64,000 nt of DNA from Carpediemonas membranifera BICM. Its lineage: Eukaryota; Protista; Fornicata. Every line of letters begins with the position of its first letter. Position 1 is the stretch's first letter. The position numbers and the translations under genes are program-made. The DNA lies in contig JAHDYR010000001.1 of the NCBI GenBank assembly GCA_019828565.1, positions 434,001 through 498,000 of the forward strand, written 5' to 3'. Shown here one piece after another: positions 36,387 to 47,271 of this stretch. The notes under the pieces are model-generated. The model did no database searches. It had not been told where the DNA came from and was given only the letters and a program-made list of their open reading frames with translations.

Positions 36387-39300
36387 TATGTTTATTGACG
36401 AATCGGTCAGCGCTACGGAGAAGCACACGGAGGGCTCGTTCGACGTCGTGGTCGCTCGTGGGCACGCTCGGGGTGGTGTGGGGGCGATACGAGGCGTTGG
36501 GCCTAAAAGTGCGCGTTGCAGATTTTCGGCACTTCGACACCGAATGCGGGAATTTCGCTGAGAAAGCAACGAATACGGAAAGTAGCGCTGAAAAAGAAAT
36601 CAATATCAATTAGTCATCGCAAAAGGCGTTGTAGCCATGCGATGCAAGCACAGCGACCGCGTGCCGTGCTTCTTCAGTCCAATCACGGGCAACGAGGCAG
36701 TTTCCTCTCCAAATTGCTGCGAAAACACGTTCATGAACACGTGTTGCGTTCTTGCCGCTCATCAAAGCGGTGAACTCCTTCATCCAACCGTTTGCCGTCA
36801 CCACGTGGCCGCCCATCTCTGAGCGCCTACCGCAGCGCCCATCGAGGGACACTACGGCCGGGATCACATCAACATTCCACGGGGCGTACCGCTCACGCTT
36901 CTTCCGAGCCGTGTCGTGGTACTCGTTCGAGACCACAACATCGATGGCCGTAGGGTTCGTGCCGCGGTCGTTGAACGCGAAGACGTCAACTCGGGCGTCT
37001 CTGTGCGTTGTGTCGGGGTCTTTCGTGTAACGGGAGGAGTGGCGGAGCCAGAACTCCTTCCTGGCAGGGACACCGTTGTTTGAGAGCTCCGAGAAGAGAC
37101 TCTCGACGATCGTGTCGTGCCTGGCGGTGGTCTTGGCTCCTCCGTGAAGGCATTTGCATGTCACCATATGCTCTGGGGTGGCCAACACGTGTCGGGGGTC
37201 AGCTCCGACGTTCAACTGGCCTGATGCCGCATTGGTTACTGACTTCAGGGCACAGATTGGACAGAACTTAGTCGCGGACACGAAGGCAGCAAGCCCGAGG
37301 TGCTTTCTGAGGGCCGCCTGCAGCGGGACACCTGTAAGGCTCGTTGTGTGATCGTGACTGCGAAGGGGGTCGGCAGTCAGCGCGCGGCTTAGCACACTGG
37401 GCTGCGCTGTGTCGACACGAGCTTCCTTGGTCATGTTGGTAGTTATCTTGTCAACCAAGTGTGCCTGTGTCTTCTCAGGCAGGGCCAGCAGCTGGGCTTC
37501 GGTGACTGGCCAACCAGTTGTGAGGTGCTGGAAACCTTCGCTGATTGTGGAAAGGGTGGCAGGAAGGCCATGCTTCTCCCCGTACCGTGCAAGTTGGCGC
37601 AGGGCACCAATCCTGGCACACGGCCAGACGATAGTGGGCATCGCGAAGCCCAGGCCACCATGCTTTGCCGGCAGCCCCAAGGCCTGACTGATGTCTGGCG
37701 ACAGGGTGCGGCCAAGCACCTTCCCAACGACGTCGGATAGGGTGGACTGGCAGAAGGTCTCTGCGGGAGTGAGCACCTCGGGGGTGGGATCGACATTACG
37801 CATCAAGTGTGCAATCTTGGGGAGGACACAGAACTTGATCATCGACAGGGCTGGGCCAACACCCTCCGCACCGACATCCTCGCTGAAGTCGGCGATGGCC
37901 TTGAGGGTCAGGGCAGCCTTGTCAACAACTCTCTGCACTTCTCCCCGGACGAACGACTCCCGGACCGACGGGAACACCGGTGATCACATGGGCCCCCACT
38001 CTACGGACATGGTCGGGGCGATCCAGGTTGGTGTCATGCCCGGCACCTTGGATGAGCGCGACGCACTTGGACAGGTTGAGGCTCATCCCCACTTGGGAGA
38101 AGAGCTGCTTAGCGGTTTTCGCGATCTCATCAGCCGATGCCCGGTCGGTCAGGATGTACGTGTCGTCCTGGTACGCGACTACACGGACGTTGTAGATGCT
38201 GCGTAGACGATCCAAGACGGGCTTCATCCCAAGGGAGAATAGAAGCGGAGACAGCGGGTCACCCTGCTGAACCCCTTCCTCTGAACGAAGGACGACTCCC
38301 GACGTGGAGAGGAGCAGCGACGAAGAGTACTGCCCCTTCACGTAGTCAACCAGGGCGGGACAGTAGGTGCTGACACATCTCAGCAGGAAGTCCCGGCTCA
38401 GGGTATTGTACGCGTTCGACAGGTCCAGGGATAGGACCGTACCACCGTCGTCGAAGTGACGCCTGGTGATGGCGACCATGCGCTCCAGACCACAACTCTC
38501 TCCCAACCCGAACTGGTCAACGAAGACCTCCTCGCGGAGCTTCGGCAGGACCGTTTCGGCAGCAGCCTTGGCCGCGATGCGGCGCAGGGCTTCTCCCATT
38601 GCTACCGGACGGAGCTTGCCGTTCTTCTTCGGGATGGGTACTAAGATGCTGTGGCTGAAGATTGCGTAGTTATTGTCACCATCGATGATCGCCTGCACGA
38701 TCGGCAAGAGAGCTGCGACGAGCTCCTTGCGCATGATCTTGTAGGCTACCCTCAGGTGGAGGAAGCTCAGGCCGGTGGGTCCGGGAGCCTTGTCGGCGGG
38801 GAGGGACCCAAGAGCTTTCTTGAGAATCTTTCGGGGAGATGGTGATAGACGATAACGGGGCCGCTGGCACGTCTGACCAAGAGAAAGCCTCGAGGCCATC
38901 AGGGGAGGGGTGTGCTTGCAGCTCCGCCAACTCGCGGTCGACCTCCTCGTCCGACTTGGACTGCTCAGGGCACATGAGCGTATTGACTGCTCTTGCCAAG
39001 TAGCCACTCTTGGCTTGAAGTAGTGCACGCTTGCTCCTGCGGGTGCGGGCCCGGTTGGGGGCGGACCTAGGGGGACGGCGAGAGGAGGCGACAAAGGTGT
39101 CCAGCGTTGCTGGGTACCTCGCGAGCTGGAGTAGACGTTCCGTCTTCGTGGCAGGCTGGGCCGAAGCGACATCTGTCAACCGGTCGACAAGACCGCGTGA
39201 CCAGGCGGTCGCCTTCCGGGTTGAGGGCTTCATGCGACCCAGTGATAGGGCTACTTTCGGAGACGGGAGCCACTCCGGCCGCCTGTTCGCACCGTCGTGA

Positions 39301-40183
39301 CGGCACGTGAACATGATGGCGGGGGGAGGAGGGAGTGGAGTGGCGAGGGATGACTCGAGCTGTGAGCCCAGGTCGGCGGCTGGCGAGACATGAGTCTGGG
39401 AGCCACCCTGCGCGACAAGAGGGGCGCACCAGGCATGTGGGTGGCGGAGAGAGGGCTCTGCGGCTGTGTGCCCTCGGGCTGAGACTCGGTCTCTGGGGTT
39501 GGGTTGCTCCGCGTCAGATCCGACACTGAAGCAGTCTATCACCGATACTGCCTGTGGCTCCGGAGCTGGCTCGGCTTGCGTTACTCGAGCCGCGTCGACG
39601 ATGGAGGCAGAATGATGGCGATGCTGAGGCAGGGGCGAGAGGGATGGCGTGCCAATGTTGCCCTCGTGGAGAGGCGAGGGAAGCGGGCCAGTAGTCCCTA
39701 CATCAGTTAGAGAGGGGGTGGGGGACGCCAACGGATGCTGCGGCCTTGGCAAGGCGCCCTCTGGATCCCTGACGAAGACGAACTCGTGGTCAGTAAGCGA
39801 GATCAGCCTCTTCGCGTAGCGCTGAACTCTATCGATCGTCTTGACACTTTGGATCTTCGGCCAACGAGCTGGTAGCTGCCCTAGAGCAGCCGTCGCCAAC
39901 CTGCAGAGAATCGCATAGAAGTCAGATGTCTTGATCTTCTTCTTGGGCGTCTGAAGGATCTTACGTAGCAGTTCATTGTCTCTAAGGACGTGTAAAACGC
40001 CCTCTTCGGCAAACCAGGTCTGTAGGAAGGTTGTTGGAATCATTCCGTGGTATTCTCTCTGAATCGTGTTGGCCTCTGCGAGGAAAGCCAAATAACGACG
40101 ATGAACGGATCTAGAATCGTCTGGAGGCGGATTGGGAAGCTCATTGCCGCCCGAATTGCCTTCCATCGTGATGTTCCGTTAAT
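36387..40183 (-). mobile_element. CRE-like RT-RLE non-LTR retrotransposon, full-length copy 1, at the tRNA-Leu 3' end
   Basis: Flanked by CCACTTCGCACA at 36375-36386 and 40184-40195. One long frameshifted ORF 40166->36610. AATAAA just before the 3' end, no poly(A). Confidence 0.92.
36610..40166 (-). CDS. Copy 1 ORF: RT, CCHC-like knuckle, restriction-like endonuclease (frameshifted)
   Basis: APGPTG, LRPVAMGEALRRI, DQFG, DLSNAYNT, GVQQGDPLSPLLF, YQDD, LNLSKC, GGLG. Then CPIC...HMVTC, RHD, E, RVD, IDV and KKRERY (RLE motifs). Confidence 0.9.
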
Positions 40184-40195
40184 CCACTTCGCACA

Positions 40196-43100
40196 TATGT
40201 TTATTGACGAATCGGTCAGCGCTACGGAGAAGCACACGGAGGGCTCGTTCGACGTCGTGGTCGCTCGTGGGCACGCTCGGGGGTGGTGTGGGGGCGATAC
40301 GAGGCGTTGGGCCTAAAAGTGCGCGTTGCAGATTTTCGGCACTTCGACACCGAATGCGGGAATTTCGCTGAGAAAGCAACGAATACGGAAAGTAGCGCTG
40401 AAAAAGAAATCAATATCAATTAGTCATCGCAAAAGGCGTTGTAGCCATGCGATGCAAGCACAGCGACCGCGTGCCGTGCTTCTTCAGTCCAATCACGGGC
40501 AACGAGGCAGTTTCCTCTCCAAATTGCTGCGAAAACACGTTCATGAACACGTGTTGCGTTCTTGCCGCTCATCAAAGCGGTGAACTCCTTCATCCAACCG
40601 TTTGCCGTCACCACGTGGCCGCCCATCTCTGAGCGCCTACCGCAGCGCCCATCGAGGGACACTACGGCCGGGATCACATCAACATTCCACGGGGCGTACC
40701 GCTCACGCTTCTTCCGAGCCGTGTCGTGGTACTCGTTCGAGACCACAACATCGATGGCCGTAGGGTTCGTGCCGCGGTCGTTGAACGCGAAGACGTCAAC
40801 TCGGGCGTCTCTGTGCGTTGTGTCGGGGTCTTTCGTGTAACGGGAGGAGTGGCGGAGCCAGAACTCCTTCCTGGCAGGGACACCGTTGTTTGAGAGCTCC
40901 GAGAAGAGACTCTCGACGATCGTGTCGTGCCTGGCGGTGGTCTTGGCTCCTCCGTGAAGGCATTTGCATGTCACCATATGCTCTGGGGTGGCCAACACGT
41001 GTCGGGGGTCAGCTCCGACGTTCAACTGGCCTGATGCCGCATTGGTTACTGACTTCAGGGCACAGATTGGACAGAACTTAGTCGCGGACACGAAGGCAGC
41101 AAGCCCGAGGTGCTTTCTGAGGGCCGCCTGCAGCGGGACACCTGTAAGGCTCGTTGTGTGATCGTGACTGCGAAGGGGGTCGGCAGTCAGCGCGCGGCTT
41201 AGCACACTGGGCTGCGCTGTGTCGACACGAGCTTCCTTGGTCATGTTGGTAGTTATCTTGTCAACCAAGTGTGCCTGTGTCTTCTCAGGCAGGGCCAGCA
41301 GCTGGGCTTCGGTGACTGGCCAACCAGTTGTGAGGTGCTGGAAACCTTCGCTGATTGTGGAAAGGGTGGCAGGAAGGCCATGCTTCTCCCCGTACCGTGC
41401 AAGTTGGCGCAGGGCACCAATCCTGGCACACGGCCAGACGATAGTGGGCATCGCGAAGCCCAGGCCACCATGCTTTGCCGGCAGCCCCAAGGCCTGACTG
41501 ATGTCTGGCGACAGGGTGCGGCCAAGCACCTTCCCAACGACGTCGGATAGGGTGGACTGGCAGAAGGTCTCTGCGGGAGTGAGCACCTCGGGGGTGGGAT
41601 CGACATTACGCATCAAGTGTGCAATCTTGGGGAGGACACAGAACTTGATCATCGACAGGGCTGGGCCAACACCCTCCGCACCGACATCCTCGCTGAAGTC
41701 GGCGATGGCCTTGAGGGTCAGGGCAGCCTTGTCAACAACTCTCTGCACTTCTCCCCGGACGAACGACTCCCGGACCGACGGGAACACCGGTGATCACATG
41801 GGCCCCCACTCTACGGACATGGTCGGGGCGATCCAGGTTGGTGTCATGCCCGGCACCTTGGATGAGCGCGACGCACTTGGACAGGTTGAGGCTCATCCCC
41901 ACTTGGGAGAAGAGCTGCTTAGCGGTTTTCGCGATCTCATCAGCCGATGCCCGGTCGGTCAGGATGTACGTGTCGTCCTGGTACGCGACTACACGGACGT
42001 TGTAGATGCTGCGTAGACGATCCAAGACGGGCTTCATCCCAAGGGAGAATAGAAGCGGAGACAGCGGGTCACCCTGCTGAACCCCTTCCTCTGAACGAAG
42101 GACGACTCCCGACGTGGAGAGGAGCAGCGACGAAGAGTACTGCCCCTTCACGTAGTCAACCAGGGCGGGACAGTAGGTGCTGACACATCTCAGCAGGAAG
42201 TCCCGGCTCAGGGTATTGTACGCGTTCGACAGGTCCAGGGATAGGACCGTACCACCGTCGTCGAAGTGACGCCTGGTGATGGCGACCATGCGCTCCAGAC
42301 CACAACTCTCTCCCAACCCGAACTGGTCAACGAAGACCTCCTCGCGGAGCTTCGGCAGGACCGTTTCGGCAGCAGCCTTGGCCGCGATGCGGCGCAGGGC
42401 TTCTCCCATTGCTACCGGACGGAGCTTGCCGTTCTTCTTCGGGATGGGTACTAAGATGCTGTGGCTGAAGATTGCGTAGTTATTGTCACCATCGATGATC
42501 GCCTGCACGATCGGCAAGAGAGCTGCGACGAGCTCCTTGCGCATGATCTTGTAGGCTACCCTCAGGTGGAGGAAGCTCAGGCCGGTGGGTCCGGGAGCCT
42601 TGTCGGCGGGGAGGGACCCAAGAGCTTTCTTGAGAATCTTTCGGGAGATGGTGATAGACGATAACGGGGCCGCTGGCACGTCTGACCAAGAGAAAGCCTC
42701 GAGGCCATCAGGGGGAGGGGTGTGCTTGCAGCTCCGCCAACTCGCGGTCGACCTCCTCGTCCGACTTGGACTGCTCAGGGCACATGAGCGTATTGACTGC
42801 TCTTGCCAAGTAGCCACTCTTGGCTTGAAGTAGTGCACGCTTGCTCCTGCGGGTGCGGGCCCGGTTGGGGGCGGACCTAGGGGGACGGCGAGAGGAGGCG
42901 ACAAAGGTGTCCAGCGTTGCTGGGTACCTCGCGAGCTGGAGTAGACGTTCCGTCTTCGTGGCAGGCTGGGCCGAAGCGACATCTGTCAACCGGTCGACAA
43001 GACCGCGTGACCAGGCGGTCGCCTTCCGGGTTGAGGGCTTCATGCGACCCAGTGATAGGGCTACTTTCGGAGACGGGAGCCACTCCGGCCGCCTGTTCGC

Positions 43101-43990
43101 ACCGTCGTGACGGCACGTGAACATGATGGCGGGGGGAGGAGGGAGTGGAGTGGCGAGGGATGACTCGAGCTGTGAGCCCAGGTCGGCGGCTGGCGAGACA
43201 TGAGTCTGGGAGCCACCCTGCGCGACAAGAGGGGCGCACCAGGCATGTGGGTGGCGGAGAGAGGGCTCTGCGGCTGTGTGCCCTCAATGAGACTCGGTCT
43301 CTGGGGTTGGGTTGCTCCGCGTCAGATCCGACACTGAAGCAGTCTATCACCGATACTGCCTGTGGCTCCGGAGCTGGCTCGGCTTGCGTTACTCGAGCCG
43401 CGTCGACGATGGAGGCAGAATGATGGCGATGCTGAGGCAGGGGCGAGAGGGATGGCGTGCCAATGTTGCCCTCGTGGAGAGGCGAGGGAAGCGGGCCAGT
43501 AGTCCCTACATCAGTTAGAGAGGGGTGGGGGACGCCAACGGATGCTGCGGCCTTGGCAAGGCGCCCTCTGGATCCCTGACGAAGACGAACTCGTGGTCAG
43601 TAAGCGAGATCAGCCTCTTCGCGTAGCGCTGAACTCTATCGATCGTCTTGACACTTTGGATCTTCGGCCAACGAGCTGGTAGCTGCCCTAGAGCAGCCGT
43701 CGCCAACCTGCAGAGAATCGCATAGAAGTCAGATGTCTTGATCTTCTTCTTGGGCGTCTGAAGGATCTTACGTAGCAGTTCATTGTCTCTAAGGACGTGT
43801 AAAACGCCCTCTTCGGCAAACCAGGTCTGTAGGAAGGTTGTTGGAATCATTCCGTGGTATTCTCTCTGAATCGTGTTGGCCTCTGCGAGGAAAGCCAAAT
43901 AACGACGATGAACGGATCTAGAATCGTCTGGAGGCGGATTGGGAAGCTCATTGCCGCCCGAATTGCCTTCCATCGTGATGTTCCGTTAAT
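40196..43990 (-). mobile_element. CRE-like RT-RLE element, full-length copy 2
   Basis: Near-identical to copy 1 (offset ~3810 bp). Bounded by CCACTTCGCACA at 40184-40195 and 43991-44002. Confidence 0.92.
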
Positions 43991-44002
43991 CCACTTCGCA
44001 CA

Positions 44003-44877
44003 TATGTTTATTGACGAATCGGTCAGCGCTACGGAGAAGCACACGGAGGGCTCGTTCGACGTCGTGGTCGCTCGTGGGCACGCTCGGGGTGGTGTGGGGG
44101 CGATACGAGGCGTTGGGCCTAAAAGTGCGCGTTGCAGATTTTCGGCACTTCGACACCGAATGCGGGAATTTCGCTGAGAAAGCAACGAATACGGAAAGTA
44201 GCGCTGAAAAAGAAATCAATATCAATTAGTCATCGCAAAAGGCGTTGTAGCCATGCGATGCAAGCACAGCGACCGCGTGCCGTGCTTCTTCAGTCCAATC
44301 ACGGGCAACGAGGCAGTTTCCTCTCCAAATTGCTGCGAAAACACGTTCATGAACACGTGTTGCGTTCTTGCCGCTCATCAAAGCGGTGAACTCCTTCATC
44401 CAACCGTTTGCCGTCACCACGTGGCCGCCCATCTCTGAGCGCCTACCGCAGCGCCCATCGAGGGACACTACGGCCGGGATCACATCAACATTCCACGGGG
44501 CGTACCGCTCACGCTTCTTCCGAGCCGTGTCGTGGTACTCGTTCGAGACCACAACATCGATGGCCGTAGGGTTCGTGCCGCGGTCGTTGAACGCGAAGAC
44601 GTCAACTCGGGCGTCTCTGTGCGTTGTGTCGGGGTCTTTCGTGTAACGGGAGGAGTGGCGGAGCCAGAACTCCTTCCTGGCAGGGACACCGTTGTTTGAG
44701 AGCTCCGAGAAGAGACTCTCGACGATCGTGTCGTGCCTGGCGGTGGTCTTGGCTCCTCCGTGAAGGCATTTGCATGTCACCATATGCTCTGGGGTGGCCA
44801 ACACGTGGCGGGGGTCAGCTCCGACGTTCAACTGGCCTGATGCCGCATTGGTTACTGACTTCAGGGCACAGATTGGA
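44003..44877 (-). mobile_element. CRE-like RT-RLE element, 5'-truncated copy 3
   Basis: Only the RLE region and 3' UTR are present. Followed by CCACTTCGCACA (44878-44889) and unique flank. Confidence 0.92.
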
Positions 44878-44892
44878 CCACTTCGCACAAAC

Positions 44893-44896
44893 TTTT
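44893..44896 (+). terminator. Probable original Pol III terminator of tRNA-Leu, displaced ~8.5 kb by the array
   Basis: TTTT 3 nt after the last copy of the tRNA 3' end (CGCACA-AAC-TTTT). Confidence 0.6.
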
Positions 44897-44930
44897 ACTC
44901 AAAGCAACATTCACCGCTAGCTAGACTAGG

Positions 44931-45125
44931 CTAGCCACCTAACTCATACTCCCAAAGGGGGGGTAAAGGATTTATTCTTCTCGGGCTCCTTTAGGCCCGA
45001 TGTGCCTTCGGGCATTCGAAATTCTGATGCCATAAACTGCACGTTTCCGTGCGCCCTCTCGGGCGTCTCAGCACCCCGGGTGCCAATGGGCTCGAGTGGT
45101 ACTCGAGTATCCTAGCATCCTAACT
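44931..45125 (-). mobile_element. Terminal remnant (B-A-B repeat region) of a third DIRS/PAT-like family Z
   Basis: Diverged homolog of element X termini: CCTAACTCATA..CCAAA.GGGGGG, TTCGGGCAT, CTCAGCACCCCGGGTGCC, and junction GAGTATCCTAGCATCCTAACT. Confidence 0.7.
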
Positions 45126-45127
45126 AA

Positions 45128-46881
45128 CGGGCGCCAGAGAGGTCCCACTTTTGCTGAATACGGTTGGCAAGTGAGACCGGGCGAAGGGCGGCGATAAAAG
45201 CTTTGGCGATGATCTTATCGAGTCCGCGGGTGGGGCTGGCTTTTCTCGGGGTGTCCTGCTCACTCGGCGTGCTGTCTGGCTTCTGGGTGATGACCTTGCT
45301 GAGGGCGGCCTCGTCTTCATCCACCTCGGCGGGCTCGGGCTCTGGCTTGGCGCCGAGCTCGGCGTTGAGAAGGGCATGGGCGTGGGAGCGCAGCTCCTCG
45401 GTCTCAGCCATGAGACGAGATACGGCCTCGATCGTGGACTTGGTTCGGTCCTGCGTGAGGGCCCGGATTTCTTGGATGGTTTTCTCAAGGGTTCTCGGGA
45501 AAGAAAGAGCGGTGATTTCGGCGAGAAGTTCTGCGTCGTTGAGTGCTTCGACGTCGACGTTGCGGACAAATCGGACATGACTGACTTGATCCTCGGTGAG
45601 GCACTCGTAAGCCGTTATGACGGTTGTGGTAGGAGCATGCTTCTGCGCGAACGTGAGGGCGCGTTTGAACGCGCGAACGGACTCTCTAGAGAAGTCCGAT
45701 AGTGATGGCGGAATCCAATTATTCATTTCGGAAAGTGATCACTGTGCCGGGGCGAAGAGATTGGAACATTTACATAAACTGCGGACGTGGATGCCTTATG
45801 ACACGTCTGAAACACGAACGGCGATGCGCGCCAGCCGAAGCCTAGCACTCTGTACTGAAACGCTCGTCCGTCTGGAAGATAGACTCCTAGCAGCTTGCGG
45901 TCCTCCTTCCGTACTGGTACTTGATGGTACCCGGACTTGAGGTCGAACTTGACCATCCAGTCGCCCCTCTGGAGAAGGGAGAGAGCTCTGCGCAGACCGT
46001 AGAGCCGGAAGGATGAGCGCTCTGCCGAGCAGTCGTTCAGTATCGTGAGGTTGTGAATGATCCTCTTCGACTCGCCCTTCGGCACAGTAAACAGCGAGGC
46101 GGTGTGTCGCAGGGAAGAGGGATTCACTTGCTCTATGACGCCTGTCTCTATCAAGGAAGGAATCTGCTGGACAATGAATGGGTCGACTGTCGGCTGTTGC
46201 CTTGGTGCTGGTGGTTGACTTCTCAGACGGATCTCGACCCCGTATCGTAACCAGTTGATCACCCGTTGTGATGCTCCCAACCTCTGCCACTCCCTCCACG
46301 CCGCGTTCATGCATGGAAAGAGGGTTAGGTGTGGGCTCTCTTGCCGGAGGATCCTGTCTGAGTGCGACCTCGGTCCTGAGCGCGGCCACCGCGGCGAAAA
46401 TTAGCGTCGCGCTTATCGCCCTTAGACTTGGCGCGGGCCGCCAGTTCCAGGACCTCGTCGCGATCAGGCACGCCCTTCGCCTTGCAATAGTTCTCGAACC
46501 GCTCTGCAGTAGCGTCAGTGTACACGTCCTTGATTAGAAGGTACTGGATTCTTGCAAAGAGAATGTTCTCGATCTCCTTCATCTTTGCGCCGTTCTCGAT
46601 CCTATTCATGGTCTTGTATACGAATCTGGCCTCATCTTCGAGGCCGAACCTCTTTGGCATCTCCAGGAACAGTGGACGGCGAGCTGCTTGCTGCTCCAAA
46701 ATTGCTTCCGATTGTATCTTAACCAAGCGCTCCAGCTTCTCGATACGCTTGTTAAGCTCATCGGGACTGTCTTGCGGCGGCAGGTCTTCGTTATCAGACA
46801 TCCTGCCGATGCGTTTCGAAGTGTGACCTAAAGTGCACATTGATCGGCGCGCGCAGGTGCCAGTGATGGTCCTGTGACAGG
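45128..46881 (-). mobile_element. Duplicated segment: DIRS Y gag and 5' RT, plus 5' LTR (45743-45803) and truncated gag of Gypsy D
   Basis: 45128-~46370 is near-identical to 62757-64000. Y gag-like ORF from ATG 46801 to 46325 (KRFGLEDEARF, homologous to X QRFGPRDEARF). Confidence 0.88.
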
Positions 46882-47271
46882 ATCCTAGCATCCTAACTCA
46901 TATCCAAATGGGGGGAATAATATTTACTCGGATTTCCTGTCTCTCCGCGTAAATATTCAGCGTCTTCTTTCGTTTCCCGCGTTCCTCGCGAGACGAGGCA
47001 GGTCCGTCGTTCGTGACCCTCTGCCTTGGGCGTGCCCGTGTCTTCTTCGGGCATCTTTCGAATTCTGCCATATCCTGCACATCTGGTCGAATCAATCCAA
47101 CGATCAATAGTCTCCGGCCCGCGCTCCCCGCGGGACCCTCCGACCCTCAGCACCCTGGGTGCCCTGGTCGAGTGCTGCTCGCTAGAGTATCCTAGCATCC
47201 TAACTCATATCCAAATGGGAAACCGACCAATCCCGTCCTCCTCAGGGAGTTAGCTGCACTATGCAAGCTTC

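Noticed and set aside
40150-40183. 5' self-cleaving ribozyme in the CRE-like element
   Set aside because: Only 17 nt precede the ATG, and I found no HDV-like or hammerhead core by eye.
40184-44889. Extra tRNA genes or a CRISPR-like array from the repeated CCACTTCGCACA
   Set aside because: Only 12 nt recur, separated by kilobase retroelement copies. These are target-site duplications.
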